A DNA stretch of 64,000 nt from NCBI RefSeq assembly GCF_006345805.1, contig NC_043004.1, positions 8,246,001 through 8,310,000 on the forward strand. Reading direction: 5' to 3'. Under the pieces are notes generated by a model. It did no database searches. It was not told where the DNA came from and saw only the letters and a program-made list of their open reading frames with translations. This stretch comes from Octopus sinensis (lineage: Eukaryota). The position numbers were made by a program, and so were the translations under genes. This document shows, in pieces, positions 36,113 through 49,571 of the stretch (the stretch's first letter is position 1; each line of letters starts with the position of its first letter).

Positions 36113-37226
36113 TAGGTATGTACACACATACATAAGAATCCGTTATTAACAGGTATAGTACAATATTCCTATTAAGAGTGTATAAGAAGAGAAATAATAA
36201 GTGACATATGTCTAACGGTTGATGCATACTACCTCTGGGTCCACTCTATTTTCTTCATGTCGTATGTATATATATATGTGTATGTGTGTGTTTGTGTGTG
36301 GTGTGTGTGTGTGTGTGTGAGTGTGTGTATATATGTATGTATGTATGTGTGTGTGTGTGCATGAGTTGTGTGTGTATGATTGTTGTGTGTATGCAAATAT
36401 GCAACTTTCGTTCGGCAGTATTTTTAATAACTTAAATGGGAACACAACTCAAATACACACACACACACAACCACACACACACACACCATCACACAGACAG
36501 AGGGACAGTCACAAACACACACACCTGAAATATTTTCAAAGGATTATATTCGTGTCGAGGTTTGGATTTCTGACTGCCAGATTCCATTCTTGTAAATAGA
36601 TGTTTGACAATCACAGAACATTCGGGAGTTATTTATAACGTAAACTAAAACCACATTTAGATAAGATTGTGGCGTACATCATCACCCCCACCCCCACACG
36701 ATATGCATAATTCTCTACGGGTATAGAGATACATGTGTGTGTGTGTGTGTGTGCGATTGCAAGTATATATGCATATATTCATATACATACACATATATAG
36801 ATATATATGTATATATGCATGTGTGCATAAGTAAATGCTCACACACACATATACATATATACATACACACATATGCACACATCTACCTCATTCCTCAATT
36901 ATAGCTGTCCCCATTTATACTTTCCCTGCAGAGTAATCTGAAGGTATCTTTCGCTACCATTTTTATTTCTCGGTGGTATTTGGTCGAGGGAACCGCTAGA
37001 AACACCAATGAAAATCACCAAATCACACTGTATTGAAAATAGAGACGCATTGTAGAATTCTGTTCGATAACCAATTCGGGAAGGGAAGAATTGGCGCAGT
37101 CCTTTGTCTTCTGACATATAACCATAACCAGATTGAAGATTAAACACCAACAACAATCACACCAACAGCAATGACTGAAAATTTCGTTTCAAAGAATTTA
37201 CATAGAGGAGTATTTAGTTTTATATA

Positions 37227-37606
37227 TCTCTCTATGAAGTCTGTGTATGGCAGGTTTGGTAGCCTTCAACTAACACTATCTCCTCCGAAACCCTGCGGCG
37301 CAAGTTGACCAAAATTGAAAGTATGATAGAAGAAGGCTTGCTCTTCCTTCTGTAGAAGAAAAATTCAAATCGGACCATGTTAACCCCAAAAATTATTTAC
37401 ATCAAAAACATGCTTTTTTTTTCTATGAAAATCCCTATTTTTTACGATTTTTTTACTGCTGTGTCGTCATTTTTCGGTGTATTTCAACCAGAAAAATATT
37501 CACTTAAAGAGAATAACAAGCTACATAATGCACAATTTTTACTTTTCAAAAGTTCCAATTTTAAAGGGTCGAAACAAACCCGAGCAACGCCGGGCGATAT
37601 TGCTAG
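37227..37606 (+). mobile_element. Non-autonomous Helitron
   Basis: A|TC 5' end, GC hairpin CCCGAGCAACGCCGGG (37579-37594) about 10 nt before a CTAG|T 3' end, and no TSD. Confidence 0.75.
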
Positions 37607-38422
37607 TTTTATCATAAATTACGTTAGTAAGAAGACAGTATAAATAGCAATCAATAAAGTATTTATATCTATGTTTGTACAAGTGCAATTTTGAATTTGC
37701 TTTCTGGTTTTAAGGCTGGGAACATCATTTCACCTGTTTTAGTTTGTTTAGATCGAAAATCGTTACAATTCATTCACATCTGAGTAAACTCCGTCCACCC
37801 ATTTCAGAACTAAAAAAATCAAATGCACAGTATTTTAAATACAGTAGTAATACTCAACAGCTTTCTGATTTATTCCACCGCCTGACCAGACGCCATCTTT
37901 TACTTTCAAACAACTTGGTTTCCTGTTTTGCAAATCATATTCAGGAAATATTCGTCAACACTTAACTTTTAGTGTTCAATGTCTCATTATTTTTAATTGG
38001 AGTTTGACTGTTGGTAACCAACTATTTTAAAATTAAAATTTAATGCCGAGCGGATACATTATTGATGCGGCCCGTAATGGCAACAAAAGGACTAATATAG
38101 CTGATTGATTGGTTAACTGAATGATTAATCAAACAATCGATGAGTTAATTAGTTAAATGTTTAACGAATTGACGAATAATGCTAAAAGAAATTAAATAGA
38201 ACCAGTGTGTGTGTTTATTATTGGTATAATGACCTTCCCGAGATGCAACGAAATTTCTTTCAACTCACATCAAGAATCTTACAAGCCAAATGCAATAACG
38301 AAATAAAGCAACTCTATTTAGATTATTTTAAATTAATCAGCGCGCTCAATTTGGTTTAAGAATCTCCGAATTCTTTTATAAAATTTCAATAAACAAATCC
38401 CGAGCATTTGAATAATAGCTCA

Positions 38423-38637
38423 TTCTAATTTTGACAGACGGCCAGCAGCTTTTGAAGAGAAGGGAAAGTCAATTACACCGATTCCAATGCTCAACTGATC
38501 CCAGTTATCTTATTGACCCCTGAAAGTATGAAAGAAAAAGTCGCCCTCGGCAACATTTGAACTCGGAATTTAAATATCGGAAAAAATGTCGCTAAGCATT
38601 TTCTCCGGTATGCTACTGATTCTGCTAGCTCGCCATC
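38423..38637 (-). mobile_element. SINE family A, diverged
   Basis: gacccctgaaagtatgaaagaaaaagtcgccctcggc..tttgaactc..gctagctcgcc. Confidence 0.7.
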
Positions 38638-39231
38638 TTAAAAATTCTTTCGACTTACAGGTAAAAGGGAGGGGGCAAGTCTGGACAAGGAGGCCTCGGT
38701 GGAATTTGAACTCCGAACGTAAAATCGGAAGAAATCCGTCTCGTTGCTTTAATAATACCTAGTAATCCTGTCTCTCCCCTTCGCATAAGTAGATTCGTTT
38801 GAATTTGAAGTTATTTAAGAAACAAATTCTTACATTAATCAAAATTCCAATTTAAATATTCCTGTAACAATCTTGCTTAATAGAATATAATTTAGCAATT
38901 TAATGGCGAGAAAAATGTGTTATTTTCATTAATAGTTTAGTCATTGGCGATTTCACGACGAAATAACATGCTAGAAAGTGGTTAGTATCAGAAGAAGTCT
39001 TTAGCTAAGACAGAAGGGGAAAAAAAAAGAGGTTAGTGGGGGGTGATACTGGATCAATTGATATGTCAAGTAAAGAAAATATTTAGTTTGCTCTCGAATG
39101 AATGTTGATATTTACCTAAGTAACTGATAAAGATAGCAGCTGCTTTGGATAGGTCTCAGTACTGCTGCGGATGGTAAGGAAAATATAAATAAACACCAAC
39201 GTCTGAATTGTTTTCCATACACTGGGAACAG

Positions 39232-39306
<75 letters not shown>

Positions 39307-40184
39307 TAGATAGATAGGTAGATAGATAGATAGATATGCATATGTATATGCATGTGTGTTGTGTGAGTGAATTTCTTCCTTTCATTGATATATTTTTGTC
39401 AATTAGTAACAACCAAATTTATGAATCCGTCATCTATTCTAAGTAGACTATAGAGTCGTCTATCTGGTATATATTATTTTTAGGATCTTTCTCGCTTCTT
39501 TTGAATTGTATTGGGACAATTTTAAATTATGCCAGGTGTTGGCTGGATAGACGTTAATGTTTTAGACGTCCAGGGATGTATTTTATGAACACGCAATAAC
39601 CCGAATGGGCAGTTAATATTTCCTTGAGATTCGACTGACGCACGGTCACAAGGGAAAAATTTGTACAGCAGCAGACATTTTGGGGAAAATAAAGAGGGTA
39701 ATAGTTAATTGAAGAGAAGTAGGGAAAAGAGGAACAACACAGAAAAGAAACAACAAGAACGAAGGGAACACTGAAAAGAGAAGCGAAGAAAGAAATTGCT
39801 ACCGATTATCAACCTTTCTAAGCAAGTTTTGCTAGGATATGTAATGCCCCCATGACCACCACCACAGATGTGAGAGAATGCCAATATATATGTATGCATA
39901 TGTGATGTATGTCTCTTCTGTATTTAATCATTTAAATTCTTCTTCTGAGATGGTTTTTAAGAAAGGTACAAAGCTCCATCGTTGGAATGTGGATAACGAA
40001 AACAACGTCACATTTTAAACCTGAGAAAAGTCTTGCAGAGTTTTACAGTGCCGCTTACAGATTGTATTTGTAATGTGCGAATCAGTTGGTTGATTACATT
40101 TTTTTTTTGAAAATCCAAGCTTATCCCGGTTGCTGGTCAGGCATTTCCTTACAAAAGCAAATTCTCCAATTATCATTAATGTAA

Positions 40185-40313
40185 ATTTGTAATCCGGATG
40201 TGGAAGCTGGAGGTGTTGAAGAAGTTGTCACAGTTATCTTCTTGCTCTATGATTTTCAAAGAAATATTCTCATCAGCAGGACAGCTGACCTCTATGACCG
40301 CTTGTTTGAACCA
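40185..40313 (-). mobile_element. R4/Dong-clade restriction-like endonuclease fragment
   Basis: Minus translation AVIEVSCPADENISLKIIEQEDN resembles the RLE motif IIEVSCPxDxN..KxxEKxxKY. Confidence 0.65.
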
Positions 40314-41839
40314 TGTATGTATGTATGTATGTATGTATGTATGTATGTATGTATGTATGTATGTATGTATGCATGCATGTATGTATGCATATCTGTATAT
40401 ATGTATAAACATATATATGTGTTTGTGTGTGTGTAAGTGTGTGTGTGTGTAAGTGTGTGTGAGTGTCCTTTGTACCGAACATTTTGGACTCTATACAAAA
40501 TGTAGAGTATGACAATATTCGATATTTCGTTACTCGGTGACATGTACTGATTTATAATGATAAAAACAAGAACACTCATAAAGCCTAAGACAGAGCCATA
40601 TTCTTATATTTATTAACTCAGATCACGTGGGTCTCACGCAATGATGCTTGAATGATTTACTGCACAAAGTGAAAATATCCCAGCTGAAGAATTTTTTAGT
40701 CGTGTAAGATTGTTATCGGGAAAATGGAGACGTTTTCGTCTGAAGAAAACACATTTCTTTACTTCATAATGTATTACAATTCATATTTAGACCAAATTTT
40801 GGAGTATTACATTTTGGTTTAAATTTTAAGTGTCGAAACTTTTGGCAGTCAAAGTACCCTCAGTAGATTCCACCAGACAACAATTCAAAAACCACAGGCA
40901 CGGGATTTTATCTCAAATACTAGTTATACCAATGATATCGGTGTTAACTATAGCGACGTATTGTGCTTTCCATAAAAATAAAACAGAGACACATTTTATG
41001 GTCATTTTATAGGAACAAATGTGTATTTGTTGATTATTCGCAATGTTTTTCCTGCTGGCTTTACAGCCTCCAGCTCCGTTCACTGTGGAATATTGTGTGA
41101 CCTATTAATGTTATGTTGGACTGAGGCTTTCTACGGGATTTTCGATATGGAAACATGTTGCATCATAATTTATTGTGTGTCATTGGAGTTGTTTTCTTCT
41201 GTTCCCGTTAAAGCAGTGAGTTGACTGCCATTACAACACTCAATAAGAATAATGCGCACTGTTTGGTCAACTCTCTGCACTCTTAATTTAAATCCAGCCA
41301 AGGTCGACTTTGCCTTCTATCATCTCTGGGTACACCAAAGCCCTTAACTGTTTATGGAAAATCAAAAATATGAAATCGAAAGTCGGTTAAAAAAAAGAAT
41401 AACTTAAATGTGATAATACATTTATTTCGGCCATATTACCATTCGCTACCACTATGTCCAAGATAAATATAAGCTTGGTTCAAAATGACGAAAACACTAG
41501 TGCCAAGGGCCGTGCCCGAAACGATAGATTTCATCTCACCTTCTGGCATTCAATGAATTATACATTTCTTGCGACTTCCACGTTCTAATTTTAAGTTATA
41601 CGGAGATCTCTTTCATATACATATTTCAACCAAACTCGGTGGACATAGGATGTACCAGTCTTTTTTCGGTGTCAATTAATTCTTTGATTATTCAAAGAAC
41701 GCATTTTAAAATAGTGGAGGATAGAATATAATTCTATTAAATCAAATTCTCATTTTTGAAATTATGAAGTTCACAGTTAAACATGTCAATGTGTTAACAT
41801 TTCTGTCTATTAAACGTTTGTTTACTGTCACAGAATATA

Positions 41840-42055
41840 CGAGGGGCTACTGAAAAGTTCCTTGCTTTGGGTAAAAGAAACTACATGAGGATCAGTTAAT
41901 TACGATTTTATTCAACATATTCACCTCTCAGATTTACACACTTATTGCTGCGGTTCTTCAGTTTTTCTAAACCTTGTGAAAGTACTCGACAAGTTGGGCC
42001 TCGAACAAAGCCTTTCGCGATAGCCTTAAGGTCAAAAACTTTTCAGCACTCTTCG
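41840..42055. mobile_element. Mariner-type MITE
   Basis: TA|CGAGGGGCTACTGAAAAGTT ... AACTTTTCAGCACTCTTCG|TA. Confidence 0.75.
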
Positions 42056-42066
42056 TATTGATGTTA

Positions 42067-42274
42067 CTGGGTTGGTGCATAATTACTGCGGCTTTTTTTT
42101 CAACAAATTTTATTCAACAAAAACAATAAAAACAAATAACAAAAACATCTTTAAATGATTATTCCGGAGCATATTCATCATTTACTTCAATTACTGTTTT
42201 TATTAAATATTGTTATTGTTTTTGTTGAATAAAATTTATTGCAAAAAAGCCGCAATAATTATGCACCAACCCAA
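42067..42274. mobile_element. Mariner-type MITE with ~62-bp TIRs
   Basis: TA|CTGGGTTGGTGCATAATTACTGCGGC ... GCCGCAATAATTATGCACCAACCCAA|TA. The terminus resembles Hsmar1/MADE1-type TIRs. Confidence 0.85.
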
Positions 42275-42933
42275 TATGATTAGACGAGACGACCTCGTTC
42301 CACAAAGAACATTCAACTTGTAAATGCATTACAAAACGAGATATTTAAATGCGTCACTTTCTGTTTTTTTTTTGTTTTGTATGAAATGGAATAAATAATT
42401 ACATAAACTGTACTATGTATCTTCGGACAGTAATTATATGGTTGTAGCTATTTGAAGAATATAGTATCAGAGTTTAATGTAATTCTTAACATATGGTGGT
42501 AACATGCATGTAATATCTGTCACCAGTTTGAAAACACATTGAGAAGTTCTGCGAACAGTTCAGTTTGCCGAGTAAATAGAATTACAGCTTTGCTTTGTAG
42601 CAAGTTAAAAGTCAAACTATAAGAAAAACTGTTGTGTGTGTTTGTGAGTTTGTGTGTGTGAGTGTATGTGTGTGAGTATGTGCGTGTGCGAGTGAGTGTG
42701 TGTATATGTGTGTGTGAGTGTGTGTGTATATGTGTGAGTGTGTGTATGCACATATGTGAGTGTAAGTTCGTGTGTGTATGCGCTTTCTAAATGACTTGCA
42801 ACTTCTTTTTAGTTAACCGGGAATGCTAATTAAAAAGATATTAGCGTTACATTTGCGAAAATAAAATGACCACATAAAACGCATTATCTTCATTATAATA
42901 CACATATGCACGCAAACCTACAGACATACTTTT

Positions 42934-43062
42934 GCTTCCCAGCCATATGGTTTTCGGTTCAGCCCCACTGCTTGGCATCTTGGGTAAAAAAATCTTCTAC
43001 GATAGCCTCCGGTCGACAGAACCCATGTGAGTGGATTTAGTAGACAAAATAAAAGAAGCTCG

Positions 43063-43129
<67 letters not shown>

Positions 43130-43132
43130 CGG

Positions 43133-43176
<44 letters not shown>

Positions 43177-43370
43177 TTGTCTCCCATCAGCCCTTGACAA
43201 CCGGTGTTGGCTTGTTTATGTTCCCGTAAATTAACGATTCATCAAAAGAAACCGATGGAAAAAATATCAGGCTTAGAAAAATAAAAGTACTGGGATCGAT
43301 TTGTTGAACTAAACCCTTCAAGGCGGTGCCTCGGCATGGTCGCCGTCCAATGACTGAAACAAGTAAAAAA
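42934..43370 (+). mobile_element. SINE family B, diverged
   Basis: ggttcagccccactg..ggcatcttggg, cttgacaaccggtg and tgactgaaacaagtaaaa. Confidence 0.85.
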
Positions 43371-43403
43371 CTATGTGTGTGTGTGTGTGTGTGTGTGCAT
43401 ATG

Positions 43404-43467
<64 letters not shown>

Positions 43468-44449
43468 TGTGTGTGTGTATGTGTGTGTGTGTGGTGTGTG
43501 TGTGTGTGTGTGTGTGTGTAAGCGTGATAATAATATAATGTTACAAATTGTATTTTTGTATTTGTCACTGAAAATTTATCAACTCAAAGCAAAATCTCTC
43601 GAGGTTTTACTAGAAATTTCCTCCTCCGATACCAATTATTAAACACCCAGAATCAAGTCTCGAATTCTCTTCAGTGTAATCAATCACTGAGAATTTGGCA
43701 CGTTCAAGTACTCAAGAATTCATTATTAAACATGGTGTTTACGAAAATAAAACTTGAGAAAAAAACTTGTATACAAATTGTTAATTATATAAGTGTTGAT
43801 GGAATTTTGGTTTCGTCGAAACGGTCGAGGTGACATTGTGATATAATCCCGCATCACATTCAACTCTGACTCAATGAAACACTCTCGCGCCATACAGCTG
43901 TTTCAACCGTTGTTTATGGTTGGAGTCATTTCAGTTAAATTATAGTGCTAATGCAAAAAAGAAAAACAAAACAAAACATTAGCATGTAAAAATTAATGCT
44001 TATTTTACCATAAATACTGGAAAAGAAGCATAAAAGTGATCATGTCAAGAATATGACAGGCCTGTCTGTCCTACTTAATATGTGGGTAATGCCTCTCGGA
44101 TTAATATGAACAGTATATCTCGTATTTTTCTCTTCTTCCTTTCATATTGTGCTGCATCAGTATGTAACATATTTCTGATGTTCTGGCCAGTTAGGAAATG
44201 TTCAGGTTTGTAGTTGTAAAACAACATTTATATCTCAAGTCACATTCCACTGTTTGTATTACAAATATATACATTATAAATTTTAAGATGTATTACATTC
44301 GTCGTCGTGCCACGACGACGAAGGTTCCAGTTTATCCGATCAATGGAAGAGCCTGCTCGTGAAATTAACGTGGCTGAGCACTCCACAGACACGTATTTTC
44401 ATAACGTAGTTCTCCAGGAAGATTCAGCGTGACATAGAGTGTGACAGGC

Positions 44450-44489
44450 ACAGGCTGAGTGATTAAAATGTTCTCTTTACAACCATATA

Positions 44490-44534
<45 letters not shown>

Positions 44535-44747
44535 AGTGCCTTTGTGCGATAACCGCTTGATAACCGGTGCTAGTGGGTTTGCTTAAGTACCCGAGACTTA
44601 GCAGTTCGGCAAAAGGACCGATAGAATAAGTTCCAGACTTTTAAAGAAAAAATTGAAGAGGTCAATTATTTTGGCAAAATCTATCAAGGCATATTTCCAA
44701 GCATGGCCGCAGTACAGTGAATGAAACATGTAACACATAAAAAGAGA
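44450..44747 (+). mobile_element. SINE family B, diverged and internally deleted
   Basis: ggctgagtgattaa head remnant, cttagcagttcggcaaaaggaccgatagaataag and gcatggccgcag. Confidence 0.7.
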
Positions 44748-45574
44748 GGACGAGTTGCTTGTGATTTTAAATGCACACAAGAACCAGCTTCGTTCCTACA
44801 AACAGAAAGTGTTATAAATTTTGAAATATTTCACAGCACGACTTTCTAGACGCTATTTTGCTGCTTATATTTTAAAGAGAATCTTTCAGTCGAATGTAAA
44901 AAGAAAACGTGACCACAGATGTTCCACATAACTTGTGTCATATCAGAGTCTTGTTGGACGTCAACTGGGACAGATGTCATTTTAATTCTCTGCAAAAATA
45001 TTTTTATATAAACTGTAAAAATTTAACGATAACGAAATGTTTCGGTTATGCTAAGGATACGAACCAGCTTTTATATCGCAAAATAGAGCGACATTCGGAC
45101 GGAAAAAAATCTAGTCCTCGTTTAAAACATGTGGTAGGAAGATAGATATTTAATACCCACCAGCAGCCCAGATATATGTATTCTCAGTGAAGTATTGTAT
45201 CGCTTTGTTTATTTGTTTTCGTATATTTTACTAACATGGCGTTACACACACGTACAGGCACGCAGACACTCAGGCGCACAGACTTAGTCGCAGACGTACG
45301 TTCACACTCATAACTACACAAGTATCTATGTATATATATCTGTCTATGTGTACATGCATATATGTATAAATGTATGTATATGTATATATTCATGGGTATA
45401 TGTAAATATATATGTGCAAATGTATGTATGTACGTATATATCTCTCTATATATATATAATTACATATAATTATATATACATATATGTATATATATGTATA
45501 TGTATATGCATGTATGTGTATATATATATGTGTAGGTGTGCGCGCGTGCATGAGTGTGCGTGCGTGCGTGTACG

Positions 45575-45681
<107 letters not shown>

Positions 45682-45983
45682 GTGTGTGTGTGTGTGTTTG
45701 TATACAGTCAAAATCAGACTGAAAATATGTATATATGTTGTAGTATACATGTCTACAATGATTAAACACCCGCACCCTTGAAAGTATGTATGGTGTATGT
45801 TGGTGTGCGGGTACAAGTGGTGTCTCTCCTTTACCCTTTATTTTATCGAAATCATTCTGGGTGTTCTTGGATGTGTAAATAAACTGAGAGGAAGTGTCGA
45901 ATGCAACGTTGCTACGCATATACGCACGCACACACCACACACACACAGACACACTTGCACTCTCTCTCTCACACACACACATT

Positions 45984-45995
<12 letters not shown>

Positions 45996-46017
<22 letters not shown>

Positions 46018-46083
46018 AGTGAGAGAGAGCGAGAAAGAAAGAAAGACAGAGAGGTAGAGATAGATATAGATAGATAGATAGAT

Positions 46084-46123
<40 letters not shown>

Positions 46124-46485
46124 ATCAGAAAATGAGGCCAAATTCGAAACACCTCTTGATGTAACTAAAGAAAATAGAAGAGGGTAATACAAAATTTATG
46201 TCTCGTTCATTCGATGTCTCTGTTTTTGTGCCAACATATCTCGCGTCCATATTTTAAAGTTGTGTGCCTGCAGAAATTTTGGTTTAAAATCCAGTGTACG
46301 TATTTGTATTTCGTTTTTACTTATCAATTTAATGTTGAACACAAATGCCCATGTCCCGATACACGTACAAACACAGACATGTACATATGTAGATAAACAT
46401 AGGCATATACAGAAATGTGCATGTGTGTGTGTGTGTGTGAGTGAGAGAGAGCGAGAAAGAAAGAAAGACAGAGAGGTAGAGATAG

Positions 46486-46541
<56 letters not shown>

Positions 46542-46857
46542 ATCAGAAAATGAGGCCAAATTCGAAACACCTCTTGATGTAACTAAAGAAAATAGAAGAG
46601 GGTAATACAAAATTTATGTCTCGTTCATTCGATGTCTCTGTTTTTGTGCCAACATATCTCGCGTCCATATTTTAAAGTTGTGTGCCTGCAGAAATTTTGG
46701 TTTAAAATCCAGTGTACGTATTTGTATTTCGTTTTTACTTATCAATTTAATGTTGAACACAAATGCCCATGTCCCGATACACGTACAAACACAGACATGT
46801 ACATATGTAGATAAACATAGGCATATACAGAAATGTGCATGTGTGTGTGTGTGTGTG
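45996..46857 (+). repeat. Near-perfect 418-bp tandem duplication bounded by (TG)n
   Basis: gccatcagaaaatgaggcc occurs at 46121 and 46539. The unique parts look identical by eye; only the GA/GATA repeat lengths differ. Confidence 0.92.
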
Positions 46858-47231
46858 TTTATATGTACGTACGCATCAGATATGTTGCATATGGTTGATT
46901 TCTTAAGATATCATTTGCTAGTCAGGACCACAAGCCTATGCTGCTTTGGAAAAGAGGTTCCGTACCAAACATGTCGCCGCCGGCTGAACGTTGCTGAACA
47001 ACAAATGTTTTAACATCAATCATAATGCGAACCTAAACGTTTTCAGAATCAAAGTGGATGCATTGTAAGTGCTAAGTATAAAAAAAATACAACTTTATAT
47101 GGAAGAGAAAACTTCCCTGAAAAGAATGCTTGAGCTTCGCTGATGATTTTTCATGGTAGAAGACCTCAATGTTACTAATTATCAAAATATAAAGCTATGT
47201 TATAGGTTGGAACAAAGACATCGAATGAACA

Positions 47232-47540
47232 AGACATAATCTTATAATCTGCATTTAGCAGAGTTATGGGCCTAAAATTATCTGTTTGATACCCGTTGTT
47301 CGGGTCCTTTCTCAGCAGCACCACCACGCCACGGCTTACAACACTGGGTATTTTCCCGTTCAGCTGCCAAGACATCTCCGAACAAGTCTGGCATTTGAAG
47401 ATAAAGCACGAAGGGCGGCGGACCATCCATCCCCCGGAGACTTCTCCCGTGTGCACCTCGTCATCGCGTCCAGTATGTCTTCAACTGTTACCGGCATTTC
47501 GGAGAACTCCACATCCCTGGCCGAAAGGCGCGGCATGCCA
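47232..47540 (-). mobile_element. Tx1/L1-clade LINE RT fragment
   Basis: Minus strand: CTRxKSPGDG..MPDLFGDVLA..GKIPSVVSRGVVVLLRKDPNNG..DNFRPITLLNADYKIM. Confidence 0.85.
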
Positions 47541-47541
47541 T

Positions 47542-47700
47542 CGAGCTGGTAGACTTGTAGGCATGCCGGTCGAAATGCTTTGCGTTATTTCGTCCGTCTT
47601 TAAATTCTGAGTTCAAATTCCCCCTAGGATGACTTTGCCTTTCAGCCTTTCGGGGTCGATAAATGAAGTACCAGTTGAACTCTGGGGTTGATGTAATCCA
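47542..47700 (+). mobile_element. SINE family A
   Basis: ttctgagttcaaattc..gactttgcctttcagcctttcggggtcgataaa. Confidence 0.8.
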
Positions 47701-48518
47701 TGACAAAAATCGCAGACTACAGCTTACACGTGAGCACAGAAACATAAATTTCACAACTTGCGAAGTAAACTCAGCGATGTCACTTGGCACACTGCCACAT
47801 GAAGGTCACTTGCTAGCTCTCACTGCTCATGCAACCGTGTGCTGCCATCTGTTGGCACGCTACAGAATTAGTCCGGGAATGTTTTGATACCATCTCGTAG
47901 GTGCATTAAAGGCACAGGACGAATACAGACTTCGTATTCCTCTCATGGTTACATCAAAGATATCCAACAATATCCGACTTTATCCATGAACAATATACTT
48001 GGAACTTCCTTCCCCTGACACTAATGGTATCCTCCAGATTTATAACCTCCTCAGAATCGATGAAGTGTTCCTGTTATTTTCCAATACTCTCTGAATAATT
48101 AACAGTCTCATTAAGAGATAATGAGGAATTATAAGATGTTCGGAGATAAGAGCATTCTTGGAGAAGACATCTATAAAAGAACATTGAAAGTGGTTGAAAG
48201 AGCTTCAAATACCGATTCCTCAAATATTGAGAAATAAAAAGCCGTTAGTTCTCGACGTGGTTTTTTAAAAAAATTAACGATGAAATTGTAGAAAATGATG
48301 ATAGGGTTATGTGCTTTAGAAATTGCTTATGATATAATCATCGAATTAACTTTGACGATTAAGTTGCGATCAATAGATTATTTTATTAAATGGTTTTATG
48401 TTAATATTAAAATGAAATACTTTATACAAAAGTAAAAAGGCAAACGTCATTTTTTGATGAGTGCCACACTAGTTTATAACTTTTACTTGAATCAGTGCAT
48501 AATTTGTGACTAAATATA

Positions 48519-48747
48519 TAGTAATCTCTCGCCATCGCGCGGTTCACCAATCACGGCTCACCTATCACGGTTTATTAAGCTTTCATCGATTCCGCCGTGG
48601 TGTTGTTTTGCATTTATAATAAAATGAATATATACAAATTATAAAAATAAAAAACATATACAGTACAGTACTGTTTCTACTTCGCGGATTTTCACCTATC
48701 GCGTGGTGTTTTAGAACATAGCACCAACGATAATCGAGGGATTACTG
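48519..48747. mobile_element. Tigger/pogo-type MITE
   Basis: Imperfect TIRs (T)AGTAATCTCTCG ... CGAGGGATTACTG, with internal repeated TCACCTATC(A/G)CG motifs. Confidence 0.7.
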
Positions 48748-49173
48748 CATAACTGATTCAGCTGATCCGGAATGTTACTAGTATATCCCACTGGATAAAA
48801 TCAAAATTTGGTTTTCTAAAGACTTGAACTCATATCAGTGAAAGTGTAGTATAGTTATATAAAACCTAGTTATATATTGTTTCTTTAAAATCACAACGAA
48901 CGGTTATTCTTTTGCTTGAAAAGTCATTACTATCATTGATATATTTTGCTTGAGAAGAGAGAAATACCAACTCAAGGATTCCTTTTCGACGTAATAATAC
49001 CACAAAATAGTCTTTCTTAATTGGGTTAGAGAGAAAGTGGAGATTAATACATAATTATAACTTGTGATGTACGGAATTATTATATTTTGAAATGAAAAAT
49101 TAAAAAATAAAACAACTCTTCACACTTGAAGTTGTATATAAAAATAATGGGAAAACGAAACCAGAAATAAAAT

Positions 49174-49571
49174 ATTCTATTCTATTTGGTACAAGGCCCA
49201 AAATTCCGACGGGAGGGGGCCAGTCGATTACATGGACCGCAGTACGCAACTGGTACTTAATTTATCGATCCTGAAAGAATGAAAGGCAAAGTCGACCTCG
49301 GCGGAATTTGAACTTAGAACGTAAAGACAGACGAAATACCTATTTCTTTACTACCCACAAGAGGCTAAACACATAAGGGACAAACAAGGACAGACAAACG
49401 GATTAAGTCGATTATATCGACCCCAGTGCGTAACTGGTACTTATTTAGTCGTCCCCAAAAGGATGAAAGGCAAAGTTGACCTCGGCGGAATTTGAACTCA
49501 GAAAGTAGCGGCAGACGAAATACGGCTACACATTTCGCCCGGCGTACTAACGTTTCTGCCACCTCGCCGCC
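49174..49571 (-). mobile_element. SINE family A dimer
   Basis: Head plus two core modules, the same layout as 62721-63118. Confidence 0.9.

Larger units (their letters stand above)
34914..36265. mobile_element. Old PLE-type foldback, left arm interrupted by a SINE
   Basis: The reverse complement of 34914-34971 matches 36208-36265 (atgtctaac.gttg.tgcatact.cctctgg.tcc.ctc.attttcttc.tg.cgtat). 35569-35581 matches 36132-36144 in inverse. Confidence 0.6.
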
